From Candidatus Woesearchaeota archaeon (GTDB lineage: Archaea > Nanobdellota > Nanobdellia > Pacearchaeales > UBA284), in assembly GCA_964354405.1 (NCBI GenBank), contig CAYGZP010000002.1, positions 5,061-69,060 on the forward strand: a stretch of 64,000 bases of DNA. Direction: 5' to 3'. The position numbers and the translations under genes are program-made. The stretch's first letter is position 1, and each line of letters begins with the position of its first letter. The notes beneath the pieces are model-generated. The model did not search any database and was not told the DNA's origin. It saw only the letters and a program-made list of their open reading frames with translations. This document shows positions 28,783 through 38,350 of this stretch, piece after piece.

Positions 28783-29694
28783 TTAATCCTCGTTGTTCTC
28801 TGGCTGTTCTATTGGCGGGATTTCTGGATTGCCTTGCTCTTCTTCTTCCTCAGTTTGCCTGCATTCGCGCAACTCAACAATTATCTCCTTCAAGATAACA
28901 TGTGCTTCTTTTAACTTTAGCTGCGCTAATTGCATCTTCGCTTGAGCTTCTCTCAACAAGTCCTTGTCTGGCGTTCCATTCTGGACAGATTCCTTGAACT
29001 GCTTCCACAAATCTACAGACTCAGCGTAAGCTTCCCGGGCTTCTGAAACCTTGGCATTAAATTCTTCTGTCAAGTTTTCAATGCTGCAGTTTGTGATATT
29101 CCATTTTTCAATGAAACTTGCCAACTTTATCTCAAGCTTCTCAGCTCTTTGGATAACCAAGCCAACACGCTTAGCATGTACTAGCTCTCGGGCAATGCCG
29201 AACTTGACTTTGCTTTCTTGCATAAGCTGTTTCATCTCTTTGGCTATTTCCTTGAGTTCTTCAGGTGTTGCAGTTTCAATCTTGCCGCAAAGCTCAGTAA
29301 ACTTAGCAGCTTGTTCGTCAACAGTTTCCTTGAGCGCGGATTTTTCATCTTCGCTCAATTTTTCATTGTTGTCAATTCTTGTTTTGAGTCTCGCAGCAAC
29401 ATCATCATAGTTGTTGCATACTTTCTTCATAACTCCTTTGGCAACTTCCTTTACAATATCTTTCACTGCATCACACTCTTCTGTCTCGCTGCCGACACAA
29501 TTCTGGATTTTCTCCTTTAGCTGTGTCCTGAAACCCTCTTCGTCCATAAACTTCTCGCGAAGCTGTTCCCGAGTCATCTGACCCTGGCCTTCTCCTAATA
29601 CAGGCAAGATTTCATTGCCTTGCTGCATTACAGCAGTTGTGAAAGGCAATGCCAACATCAAAGCAATCACTGTTATTGCAATTAAATTTTTCAT
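28783..29694 (-). CDS. secreted coiled-coil protein
   Basis: The ATG at 29694 is preceded by GAAGGAGGTT. Signal peptide 'MKNLIAITVIALMLALPFTTAV', then a long E/K-rich helical region. Confidence 0.5.
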   Translation of the reverse strand: MKNLIAITVIALMLALPFTTAVMQQGNEILPVLGEGQGQMTREQLREKFMDEEGFRTQLKEKIQNCVGSETEECDAVKDIVKEVAKGVMKKVCNNYDDVAARLKTRIDNNEKLSEDEKSALKETVDEQAAKFTELCGKIETATPEELKEIAKEMKQLMQESKVKFGIARELVHAKRVGLVIQRAEKLEIKLASFIEKWNITNCSIENLTEEFNAKVSEAREAYAESVDLWKQFKESVQNGTPDKDLLREAQAKMQLAQLKLKEAHVILKEIIVELRECRQTEEEEEQGNPEIPPIEQPENNED

Positions 29695-29714
29695 TTTTTT
29701 AACCTCCTTCAAAT

Positions 29715-30632
29715 TTATTTTTTTATTAAATTGGTTAAGCATTTTGGATTTGATTGATATTTTGAGATGGTTTTTTTGACTAATTGATATCCTTTATCAA
29801 ACTTTTTCATATATCTCTCGTTCAATAATGAAGCTTGAGCATAATCCTGTTCTGCTATTGCATTGATAATCTCAGGTCCATGGGCTGCCCCCTTAACAAT
29901 CTCCAATCCGTCTTCATGCAATAATCTGCTAAAGCGCGGATCGCTTTTGCTAATCATAATCTCTGCAGATTTACTTTCACCTTCCCAATAATCCCCCTTT
30001 ACTGAAGCTTCGTCTTTTGCACTCATCCCCCCGATTGTCCTGCCTTCAAGTGCCTGTTCAGCAAAAGTAAATAAATCAGCGAAGAAATCAGTCTCGCAAG
30101 GGGCGCATTCTCCTTTGCTCGTTTCTTTCAGTATTTTTTCTAAGATTGAGTCTGCGAATCTTGGAATCTCATTTTCAGCCAAATTTGATAATTCATTTCT
30201 GCGTTTTATTATCTGTTCGAAAAGATGTTTTGAGGGTTCAGAAATCTCCTTGTGGCCATTTCCGATATATTTGAAGGTTTTCGTGCCTATCTTATACTGA
30301 TCCTTGGTTTCTTTTATCTTTATCACAGTGCATGGATAACATTCATTAGAATAACTGGGCCTGTCCAACTGGTCTCTAATGATCTCTATAGTATAATCAG
30401 GAGCGATTTTTCTTGCTCCATATTCAAGAACTTGCCTTATCACCCTCATTATAGGGTATTCTAGACTAACCATTCTTTCATTAAAATGCTCCTCAAGATG
30501 AATTTCTTCTTTAACAACGGGTTTACCATCACTCCCATAGTTCAAACCCATTTCCTCGGGCGTCATAAATCCTGTGATATTGGGCTTGCTTGGGGGTGTT
30601 TCTCCTTGTTCTGGTTTATTTTTGTCTGTCAT
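29715..30632 (-). CDS. hypothetical protein
   Basis: 305-aa ORF, same strand and tightly packed with its neighbours. No motif recognised. Confidence 0.4.
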   Translation of the reverse strand: MTDKNKPEQGETPPSKPNITGFMTPEEMGLNYGSDGKPVVKEEIHLEEHFNERMVSLEYPIMRVIRQVLEYGARKIAPDYTIEIIRDQLDRPSYSNECYPCTVIKIKETKDQYKIGTKTFKYIGNGHKEISEPSKHLFEQIIKRRNELSNLAENEIPRFADSILEKILKETSKGECAPCETDFFADLFTFAEQALEGRTIGGMSAKDEASVKGDYWEGESKSAEIMISKSDPRFSRLLHEDGLEIVKGAAHGPEIINAIAEQDYAQASLLNERYMKKFDKGYQLVKKTISKYQSNPKCLTNLIKK

Positions 30633-30646
30633 TTTGATTTTTAATT

Positions 30647-31417
30647 TTACATAAAATGTATGCGAGATTTATCTCTAAGCTCTGGCCTATTATTCAAATT
30701 ATCACTTAATGGCTTGCTCCCGCCTCCGATGTCTCCTGGCTTATCCGCAGATTCAGGATGCAATATCTCTTCGAACGCTTTATCTTGTTTACTTAACATC
30801 TCTCCAACCAAATCAGTCATTGGAGGGGGTGCCCCATGAGCCCCTTCGACGGGTGCTGCACTTTTTAACTCTATTTCTTTAGGTACATAAGTTTCTTTAG
30901 GTTCCTTAGGCGCATAAATTTCTTGTGAATTCTTCAATTGGAATTTTATCCCTGTTAAAGTAGAATGTTGGGCTAACTCTGACAAAAACTGCCTAGGGTT
31001 GTTATATCTCAAAATTATTTCGACAGCATCATGTTTTTTTCTGAAAGCATCAAATTCATCATCTGTCATAATCTCTTCATACGCTCCAACAACACAAACA
31101 ATTTTTTCATTACCTTCTCTAGCATAGAGTCGAGAATATGTATCTAAAGAAGATTTAGTGGATATTGTATAAACTGATTCTATCTCTTCTTTGCTGCCAA
31201 GGAATCTTTTCAACACAGCATGTTCATGTGTTTTTCCATTAAGGTTCTTATCAATAATAAAGAAAGTTACTTTGGGGATTTCTTTTGCTTTTTCTCTGCG
31301 CTGTATGACCGGCCAGCCAAAGAAAGGATCTTCTACTCTTTCTCCTTCCATGCCTTTCTCGTCTTTCAGCACAGCTTCCAAATCAATCGGCTCTATATTG
31401 ATTTTATCTTTATTCAT
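30647..31417 (-). CDS. hypothetical protein
   Basis: 256-aa ORF, first gene of the run 31417->28537. No motif recognised. Confidence 0.4.
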   Translation of the reverse strand: MNKDKINIEPIDLEAVLKDEKGMEGERVEDPFFGWPVIQRREKAKEIPKVTFFIIDKNLNGKTHEHAVLKRFLGSKEEIESVYTISTKSSLDTYSRLYAREGNEKIVCVVGAYEEIMTDDEFDAFRKKHDAVEIILRYNNPRQFLSELAQHSTLTGIKFQLKNSQEIYAPKEPKETYVPKEIELKSAAPVEGAHGAPPPMTDLVGEMLSKQDKAFEEILHPESADKPGDIGGGSKPLSDNLNNRPELRDKSRIHFM

Positions 31418-31648
31418 TTTATTTGTTTTCTTGTTGTTTGTTTTATTTTTGCTTATTTTATTTTTGTTTTGAATCGAAAAGCCAGGCGCACACTGGCCGA
31501 GTTGGCCCAGCTTTTCTTTTTATTCTAATTTACCTGAGTAAACTTAATTTATAAAGAAACTTTTTTCAGCATTTCATAAAACTCGTTATTAAGCTTTATC
31601 TCCTCGATATATGAAAAAGTATTTAAAGTATTGTTAATTTCAAACAAA

Positions 31649-32428
31649 ATGGCTAAGGTTAATGGAAGAGAGTTAGTTAAAACAAGCGCATTTTTCTTAA
31701 TCATAATTATATTTATTCTCTTGTCAACTCTTTCAACTGTTCAGGCCGCGACAATCCAAGGAAAAATATACTTGCCTGATTTGGAACTTGCAAAAAAATC
31801 ACTCGTGAACATAAACAGCGCGCCAAGACAGAACCTTGTCTCGAGCGATGGCACTTATTCTTTTATAGTTCCTCAAGGAACTTACACTATCGAGGCTTTC
31901 TACACAATTCAGGGAATTTTGCTTTATGCAAATGAAACCATCACAGTCCCTCAAGAGGGCTCGTTCAATCTTGATATAATCTTGTTTGAAACTCCAGATA
32001 TAGAAGATATAGATTTGGATGAGACAGACTTGAAATTAATAGAAGACTTGCTCAAAGAAAAGCCAAAAACAAATTGGGACTTGATTATAGGGATGATTGC
32101 GATAGTTATTGTGATTGCTGTGGCGATTTACTTGTTTTTAAAAGCAAAGAAGGAAATGAAAAAAACCAAACCCGTGAGAAAACACAAAAAATTCAGAGCA
32201 AAAACTGTAAAAGCCAATCTTGAAGAAGAAAAGCCAGTTGGCGATGAAGCCATAGAAAAAACCCTTACAATTCTCAAACGCGAGAAAAGAGTTACACAAA
32301 AAGACATCAGAAAAGAGCTGAAAATCAGCGAAGCGAAAGCCTCACTTATCATCGCAGACCTCGAGGCTCAAGGAAAAGTCAAGAAAATCAAAAGAGGAAG
32401 AGGAAATATAATTCTGTATCAAGAATAA
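31649..32428 (+). CDS. membrane-tethered winged-helix regulator with extracytoplasmic CarboxypepD_reg-like domain
   Basis: Signal anchor, then 'TIQGKIYLPD...SSDGTYSFIVPQGTYTIEAFY', a second TM 'LIIGMIAIVIVIAVAIYLFL', a K-rich linker, and a C-terminal wHTH 'RVTQKDIRKELKISEAKASLIIADLEAQGKVKK'. Confidence 0.5.
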   Translation: MAKVNGRELVKTSAFFLIIIIFILLSTLSTVQAATIQGKIYLPDLELAKKSLVNINSAPRQNLVSSDGTYSFIVPQGTYTIEAFYTIQGILLYANETITVPQEGSFNLDIILFETPDIEDIDLDETDLKLIEDLLKEKPKTNWDLIIGMIAIVIVIAVAIYLFLKAKKEMKKTKPVRKHKKFRAKTVKANLEEEKPVGDEAIEKTLTILKREKRVTQKDIRKELKISEAKASLIIADLEAQGKVKKIKRGRGNIILYQE

Positions 32429-32432
32429 ATCT

Positions 32433-32440
32433 TTTTAAAT
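32433..32440 (+). promoter_or_regulatory. TATA-like box for tRNA-Val
   Basis: TTTTAAAT centred about 27 nt upstream of tRNA position 1. Confidence 0.5.
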
Positions 32441-32462
32441 TCCCAATTCTTAACCATAACAA

Positions 32463-32535
32463 GGACCCGTAGTCCAGTGGTTAAGACGCCACTCTCACAC
32501 AGTGGAGATCGCTGGTTCAATTCCAGCCGGGTCCA
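32463..32535 (+). tRNA. tRNA-Val(CAC)
   Basis: Hand-folded cloverleaf. Acceptor GGACCCG/CGGGTCC, anticodon stem CCACT/AGTGG with loop CTCACAC, T arm GCTGG-TTCAATT-CCAGC, discriminator A. No encoded CCA. Confidence 0.85.
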
Positions 32536-32614
32536 CTCTTATTTTATATCTCAGTACAATAATTCTTAAAAAGTCTCAAGGCTCAAGAATATTGGCTAAG
32601 GTAAGGAAGATAAA

Positions 32615-33673
32615 ATGAAACTCTTTGGTTTACAAGAATCAGTTACGATAGAGTGGGCATATCCTTTAAGAATTCCTGTCCCACAATATTCTTTATTTAA
32701 GAAACTTGAAGAATATGATTCAAGTCTATCTGTTGGAATAGAGCTCGCGTTTAGGGGGAAGAAACTTAGGATTCCTCCCATCACTTTCGAAAATCAGAAA
32801 GTGTTTCTTGATCTATTTGGATGGTTTAAATCAAGAGGAAATAAAATTATCCTTTTAGAGCCAAAAGAGTCTTTATTGAAGGTAGCAGAACTTTCAAAGA
32901 AAATTCCTGAACTCGAAAAAGAATTAGAAAAAGATGGTTTGGATGAAAAAACTAAGCGTTCGTTAAGAATAGATCTTGACAAAAGTGCAATAGAATCCAA
33001 TTATATGAGTTGGATAGGAAAAGAGAACTATATTTTACAAAATATAATAAAACACAGACCTGCCCTAGTTTTTCTTGGCGATGGCCATGCCGCCACATTT
33101 TATAAAAATGGGGATTTAAAGAAACATGGAATTAAAATTGAAGAATACTGGAATGAGAGATATATCAAAAGGATAACTGAAGAGAATGTATGGAGGGCGG
33201 CTAGCCTTTCTGATAGGCACTTGACTATGGAACATATATTGGAAGATGATATGGAAATAGAATTGAAAAAAATTGAGTCTCCTGAACAAATCCCCAACAA
33301 CTTATATCCTGAACGAACATGGATTGAAAGGTTATACAAGGCAGTTAAAGAAGGACGTATAACAGATGGCAAATGCGATTATATTGGTACCTGGGACTTA
33401 GATTTAGAGCACAGAGGATTATTTGAAGTTTATATTGAATATAACTTCGGGAATGTAATAAAAGGTAAGATTTTTGATTGTTTAGGAGATGCTGTTTTTT
33501 CCGGAATAGTAGACGGAGATAGAATTACGTTTGTAAAAGAATACACCGAAGTATATGGAAACGCCGCTAAGAGAGCAATATCTTATGAAGGAGCCCTTCA
33601 AGGAGAGGAATATGTTGGGAGCTTGGAGTATAACGGCCCACAAGCTGGCTTTAAAATGAAAAAATTCCAATAA
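32615..33673 (+). CDS. hypothetical protein
   Basis: 352-aa ORF. No motif recognised. Confidence 0.4.
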   Translation: MKLFGLQESVTIEWAYPLRIPVPQYSLFKKLEEYDSSLSVGIELAFRGKKLRIPPITFENQKVFLDLFGWFKSRGNKIILLEPKESLLKVAELSKKIPELEKELEKDGLDEKTKRSLRIDLDKSAIESNYMSWIGKENYILQNIIKHRPALVFLGDGHAATFYKNGDLKKHGIKIEEYWNERYIKRITEENVWRAASLSDRHLTMEHILEDDMEIELKKIESPEQIPNNLYPERTWIERLYKAVKEGRITDGKCDYIGTWDLDLEHRGLFEVYIEYNFGNVIKGKIFDCLGDAVFSGIVDGDRITFVKEYTEVYGNAAKRAISYEGALQGEEYVGSLEYNGPQAGFKMKKFQ

Positions 33674-33674
33674 A

Positions 33675-34103
33675 ATGAAATCACTCTACGCAATCGCAAC
33701 ACTTCTCACACTTTCATGCTTTCCTTATTATAACTCAAATCCAGAATACATAACTCAATCATTTACATTGATTTTTAATAAATTAGATGATTTTACTTGG
33801 AAATCAAAGAAAACCCTAGACTCATTGGCAGAAGCCATTAAAGACATAACTCCCTTGCCAGAAATCCAGTATCATTCCTTTGTTGAAGACACTGCTCTTT
33901 TTGAAAAAGGTTATGAAAACGCCAAGAAAGTAAGAGGGGTGATAGAGGATAAGAATCCTAAAATAAAGGAAGCCAAGGGCGTTAAATGGCAAAATATAAG
34001 TGTGAATTTCACATGGGAAAATTTAAAAGAAGAAAAAGTGCGGGTTGAGATAAAATACAAGAACCCAAAGTATAAAGACAATAAAACAAAAAATGATAGA
34101 TGA
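33675..34103 (+). CDS. hypothetical secreted protein
   Basis: 142 aa. N-terminal 'MKSLYAIATLLTLSCFPY' (signal-like, LSC). Starts 2 nt after the upstream stop. Confidence 0.4.
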   Translation: MKSLYAIATLLTLSCFPYYNSNPEYITQSFTLIFNKLDDFTWKSKKTLDSLAEAIKDITPLPEIQYHSFVEDTALFEKGYENAKKVRGVIEDKNPKIKEAKGVKWQNISVNFTWENLKEEKVRVEIKYKNPKYKDNKTKNDR

Positions 34104-34365
34104 AAAAGTTGTAAGATTATTGGGGGAGATGGTCAAATATGCTAAAAAGAAAGACGCGAGCAAAGTGAGAAAATTAAATGAGAATTATAGCAAATTAGCC
34201 GTTCCGTCTTATCATAACCCCTTAACACGCTTAGAATTAATGTGCGAGAACTGCAGAACTTCTTGCGTCATGGCTTTTCACTTCTCTATGAATTATGACA
34301 AGTTCCTTGTAGACGCCAAAAAAAGATATTCTGAAATAAAAAAATCACTCAACCTTGCTTCCTAA
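34093..34365 (+). CDS. hypothetical protein
   Basis: 90-aa ORF overlapping the upstream gene by 11 nt. Its 3' end overlaps the convergent metG by 21 nt. Confidence 0.3.
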   Translation: MIDEKVVRLLGEMVKYAKKKDASKVRKLNENYSKLAVPSYHNPLTRLELMCENCRTSCVMAFHFSMNYDKFLVDAKKRYSEIKKSLNLAS

Positions 34366-36369
34366 TTCAATGTCTCTCTCGGGCGTGAGTGGAATTAATT
34401 TGCCCTTAAAATTTATTGCAGGAATAATAATTTCTTTATTATCTATTATCTGCGCCATCTTATTTCCATTAGAATCAATACCTATTTGAAAATTTATTTT
34501 CTTAAAATCATCAAATTTAACAATTCCTAATGGTTTGAACTGATGATTAATTTTTGAACCGCAAGGAACATCAATTTTTGGTTGTATTAAAACTACCTTG
34601 CTTTTGTCCTTGCTCACCGCTGCAAGTATCATGCCTTCGCTCTTCACTCCTCGGACTTCTTTAGGCTCTAAATTAGTGAAAACAATAACTTGCTTGCCTT
34701 TCAATTCTTTCTCCGAGTAGTATTGCTTTATTCCTGCCACAAGTGTTCTCTTTTCAGTGCCCAAGTCAATCTCAAGCAATATTAGCTTGTCTGCGTTAGG
34801 ATGAGCCTTGACACTCAAAATCTTTCCAACCCTCAAATCAATCTTGCTCCAGTCATTATATGGAATAGTTCCCATTTTCTTAGTTTGTTTAACCTCCTTG
34901 CCATTTATTTCTTTTGATTTTTCTCCTTTTGCTTCCTTTATCTCAATTTTTTTGAAAAGTATCTCGCTTTTCTTAATTTTGATAATTTTTAATTGGTTGT
35001 CTAATTCTTTAAGAGAAATTTTAAATCCAAACTGTTTTGCAATCTTTTCAGAAGTCTCAGGAATGAAAGGCCAAAGAAGAATAGAAACTGCTCTTATTCC
35101 TGTTGCAAGTTCAAATAAGTCTTCTTTACTTCCAGTTTCCCAAATTTTTTCTTTTTGTACCCACTGATTTAATGTGTCTATAAATGCAAATATGGAACTA
35201 AGCGCTTTATCAAATTCAAATCTATCAATTAATTTACTAACATCTTCTATAACATTTGAAATATGTATATCTACATCAATTTTTTCAAAATTAACTTCCT
35301 TCAAATCATATTGCTCAACAAGAGCCGAGACTCTTGAAACCAAGTTCCCGAGTTTGTCCGCAAGCTCTTTATTATTTCTCTCAATCAAGATATCCTCGCC
35401 ATAATCAGAATCTTCAAAAGTAGAACATCTCAATAATGAATATCTTAAGACATCCGAGCCATACTTCTCAACAAGTTCTATAGGATCTATTGTAACTCCT
35501 GAGCTTTTGCTTATCTTTCTCCCGCTCAAGTTCAAAAAACCATGAGCTAAAAGTTTCTTTGGCAAGTCATAGCCCGCAGATATTAGGATTGCAGGCCAAA
35601 TCACAGAATGGAACCAATTAATATCTTTTCCAATGACATGCAAATCAGCTGGCCAGTTCCCTCCTGCGCCCGATATATAATTGATGAGCGCATCAAACCA
35701 GACATAAATCTTGTGCTTTTTGTCAAAAGGAACATCAATGCCCCAGTCCAACCCAGTTCTCGAGACGCACAAATCTCGCAGCTCTTCTTCCTTAAGTCTT
35801 GACAAAATTTCATTCTTTCTTTTTTCTGGAACAACATAATCTTTGACAAACTTCACAATCTGATTTTTGTATTTGCTTAGCTTGAAGAAATAAACCTCTT
35901 CTTTCAGATGAGCGAGTTCTTTTGTAGGATGTTCAGAACATCTTCCATTAACTAGGTCTTTCTCAGTCTTGTAAGCCTCACATCCATAACAATACAATCC
36001 TTCATAAGTTCCTTTGTAAATGTCGCCTTTCTTGTAAACCTTTTCAAAAATTTGTTGAGCAAGCTTGACATGTCTTGTTTCTGTTGTCCTAATAAAATCA
36101 TTGTTGCTCAAATTAAGCTTTTTGCAAAGCTCTATGAAAACTTTTGAATTCTTATCCACAAATGCTTTTGTAGGAACATGAGCTTCCTTGGCAGCCTGCG
36201 CATTCTTCTGCGCATTCTCATCAGTTCCAGTCAAGAAGAAAACTTGCTTTCCAAGCAACTTTTGCCATCTCGCGAGAGCGTCAGCTAGAACTTTCTCGAA
36301 CGCATGCCCTATATGCGGCCGCGCATTCACATAGTCTATCGCAGTTGTGATATAATATTTTTTTGCCAT
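34345..36369 (-). CDS. metG: methionyl-tRNA synthetase with C-terminal tRNA-binding (Trbp111/EMAPII-like) domain
   Basis: 'ARPHIGHAFE' (HIGH), 'KISKSSG' (KMSKS) and the zinc knuckle 'CYGCEAY...CSEH'. C-terminal OB domain 'IDLRVGKILSVKAHPNADKL'. Confidence 0.9.
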   Translation of the reverse strand: MAKKYYITTAIDYVNARPHIGHAFEKVLADALARWQKLLGKQVFFLTGTDENAQKNAQAAKEAHVPTKAFVDKNSKVFIELCKKLNLSNNDFIRTTETRHVKLAQQIFEKVYKKGDIYKGTYEGLYCYGCEAYKTEKDLVNGRCSEHPTKELAHLKEEVYFFKLSKYKNQIVKFVKDYVVPEKRKNEILSRLKEEELRDLCVSRTGLDWGIDVPFDKKHKIYVWFDALINYISGAGGNWPADLHVIGKDINWFHSVIWPAILISAGYDLPKKLLAHGFLNLSGRKISKSSGVTIDPIELVEKYGSDVLRYSLLRCSTFEDSDYGEDILIERNNKELADKLGNLVSRVSALVEQYDLKEVNFEKIDVDIHISNVIEDVSKLIDRFEFDKALSSIFAFIDTLNQWVQKEKIWETGSKEDLFELATGIRAVSILLWPFIPETSEKIAKQFGFKISLKELDNQLKIIKIKKSEILFKKIEIKEAKGEKSKEINGKEVKQTKKMGTIPYNDWSKIDLRVGKILSVKAHPNADKLILLEIDLGTEKRTLVAGIKQYYSEKELKGKQVIVFTNLEPKEVRGVKSEGMILAAVSKDKSKVVLIQPKIDVPCGSKINHQFKPLGIVKFDDFKKINFQIGIDSNGNKMAQIIDNKEIIIPAINFKGKLIPLTPERDIELGSKVE

Positions 36370-36405
36370 AAATATCTAAGAACGAGTGGGCTTAAAAAAG
36401 TTATG

Positions 36406-36885
36406 TTAAATCCCTAATTTCCCTTCGAGTTTGCCTTCTATATAATTTGTTATTTCTACAGTGCCTCTTTTTGGGCTTTCATAAAGTCTATTGTCTTTCT
36501 CTATTTTTCCCCGGTAAATCCTTGCTAATCTCCCCAAATCTATTCTTACTGCGCCCCCTCTTTCTCTTTGAGTTCTTATCTGTAAGTATCTGTAATTAAG
36601 GTCTAGAACCTTACCATCTATCCTATTTTCTATAGACAATGTTCCAAACTTGACTTGTCCGTGTATCATCCCTTGTATATCTTCTATTTCTCTTTTGTCT
36701 GTATTGACAATCAAAAAGTAATACATGCTCAGAGAATCTTGGGCTTGATCTTGTCCTATGAAATTCCAGTATAAAGGCCACTCCCTCTTTCTTCCATATT
36801 TCTTATTGACTTCTTCTACTAATTTAAGTCTCTGGTTCAATTTCTTAGCTTTTTTAACATCTTCATCAGTTGGTCTGATTCTCAT
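36406..36885 (-). CDS. hypothetical protein
   Basis: 159-aa ORF. No motif recognised. Confidence 0.35.
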   Translation of the reverse strand: MRIRPTDEDVKKAKKLNQRLKLVEEVNKKYGRKREWPLYWNFIGQDQAQDSLSMYYFLIVNTDKREIEDIQGMIHGQVKFGTLSIENRIDGKVLDLNYRYLQIRTQRERGGAVRIDLGRLARIYRGKIEKDNRLYESPKRGTVEITNYIEGKLEGKLGI

Positions 36886-36905
36886 TTTCTTTTCTCCTTA
36901 GTCTT

Positions 36906-37247
36906 TTAATATATAAGTACTGGCTTTAAAATATTTTCTATGTACTTTCTGGTGTCATAGTTTGCATAGAACAATTGGGCAGTACATTGCTCTCTTCCTG
37001 TTTGAGTCTTCGGCTGTTCAAATTCTATGTGGGGCAATAAAGCGGTTTTAGACATTTTACAAAAACATTTGCATATGTAATTTGCATCAAAATCTCCTTT
37101 TGGGCTAATTTCTATGCTTTCTCCAAAAACTTTTTTTAATAAAGGACAAGTGTCTTTTGGGAGTACCATACGAACTTCTTGTATTGTTTTTCCTTCTTTC
37201 CTTAGCGCTTCTATTTCTGCGAGAACGTCTTTTCTTAATACTTCCAT
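36906..37247 (-). CDS. hypothetical protein
   Basis: 113-aa ORF with several Cys. No motif recognised. Confidence 0.35.
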   Translation of the reverse strand: MEVLRKDVLAEIEALRKEGKTIQEVRMVLPKDTCPLLKKVFGESIEISPKGDFDANYICKCFCKMSKTALLPHIEFEQPKTQTGREQCTAQLFYANYDTRKYIENILKPVLIY

Positions 37248-37305
37248 TTTTCCCTTAACCCTCTACTTTAGCCTTAAAACACTCAACAATCAAAATTTAT
37301 AAACA

Positions 37306-37313
37306 TTTATTTA
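37306..37313 (+). promoter_or_regulatory. TATA-like box for tRNA-Gly(CCC)
   Basis: TTTATTTA centred about 28 nt upstream of tRNA position 1. Confidence 0.4.
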
Positions 37314-37337
37314 TTGAAATATATATACAAAAAATAT

Positions 37338-37409
37338 GCGTCAGTAGTCCAGTAGTTAAGACCCGAGCTTCCCAAGCTCGTTACCCGGGTGCGAATCCCG
37401 GCTGACGCA
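37338..37409 (+). tRNA. tRNA-Gly(CCC)
   Basis: Acceptor GCGTCAG/CTGACGC, anticodon stem CGAGC/GCTCG with loop TTCCCAA, T arm CCGGG-TGCGAAT-CCCGG, discriminator A. No CCA. Confidence 0.85.
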
Positions 37410-37490
37410 CTTCACTATTCGCCTTTCAAAAAATATTTAAATGACTTTTGGCTATCTTTAATAGAAAAAACAGAGGAAAAAGCGACAAAA

Positions 37491-37991
37491 ATGGCAGAAA
37501 TCAGCCCAGTATACGAAGGAAAAATAGTCCACAACGGAATTTTTGATTTTAAATCGTTGTATAATTACTTGTATGATTGGTTTACTTCTTATCAGTATTT
37601 TGTCATAGAGCAGAAGTATAGCGAGAAAATCAAGCCAGATGGAAAAGAAGTAGAAATTCTATGGCTTTGTTTGAGAAAAATCAGCGACTATTTCAGATTC
37701 AGAATCAAGATTAGAATATTCATTCTTGGATTGGCGCCTGTTGAAACAACCCGCGAAGGCGTAAAAGTCAAGCGAGACAAGGGCGAGATAGAGATAAAGT
37801 TCGCAAGCTATCTTGAGCGAGATTATGAACATAGATGGGAAGTCAATCCAATAACAAAGTTTCTCCGAGGCATATACGACAAATATGTAATCAAGACAAG
37901 AATCGAAGCTTACGAAGACGCGATAGGCGCAGAAGTCGATGAGGGCTTAGCACAGGCCAAAAGCTTCTTAGCTCTAGAAGGCAAAAGATAA
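37491..37991 (+). CDS. hypothetical protein
   Basis: The ORF-track start at 37389 is a GTG inside the tRNA-Gly T arm. The ATG at 37491 (MAEISPVYEGK) is the first start clear of the tRNA. Confidence 0.4.
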   Translation: MAEISPVYEGKIVHNGIFDFKSLYNYLYDWFTSYQYFVIEQKYSEKIKPDGKEVEILWLCLRKISDYFRFRIKIRIFILGLAPVETTREGVKVKRDKGEIEIKFASYLERDYEHRWEVNPITKFLRGIYDKYVIKTRIEAYEDAIGAEVDEGLAQAKSFLALEGKR

Positions 37992-38004
37992 TTTATTTTT
38001 ATTT

Positions 38005-38340
38005 TTACTTTAACCCAGCAATTCTTTTCTTAATTTCTTGAAGTTCGTCAGAATAACTCTTCTTTTCTTTATGAGTGAGTTTTCCAGGTTTTGTTGGTTT
38101 CCCGATGATTGTTTGGGGTTTTTCATCTAAGCGCGGCAGCATCGCCCTAATCTTCTCAACCTCTGCCTCGACTTCGCGAATCTTAAGAATCATTCCTGTG
38201 TTGCTCCTTCTCTTTTGGCTGTTGACTTTCTTGTAATCCAGCGCAGCATTATGCATTTTTACAAAGCTGTTCTTGAATTCAGAAACTTGTTTCTTGGCGC
38301 GATTGTATTCATTAGGCTCAAGCCTTACATAAACCACCAT
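38005..38340 (-). CDS. hypothetical basic protein
   Basis: 111-aa K/R-rich ORF, 10 nt downstream of the preceding gene. Confidence 0.35.
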   Translation of the reverse strand: MVVYVRLEPNEYNRAKKQVSEFKNSFVKMHNAALDYKKVNSQKRRSNTGMILKIREVEAEVEKIRAMLPRLDEKPQTIIGKPTKPGKLTHKEKKSYSDELQEIKKRIAGLK

Positions 38341-38350
38341 TTTTTAACAT

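Noticed and set aside
32463-34365. Integrated element targeting tRNA-Val (three ORFans immediately downstream of the tRNA)
   Set aside because: There is no integrase or recombinase gene. I found no direct repeat of the tRNA 3' end downstream, and the block is bounded by metG.
37389-37490. N-terminal extension of the 37389-37991 ORF
   Set aside because: The GTG start lies inside the T arm of tRNA-Gly(CCC). The first ATG clear of the tRNA (37491) is used instead.
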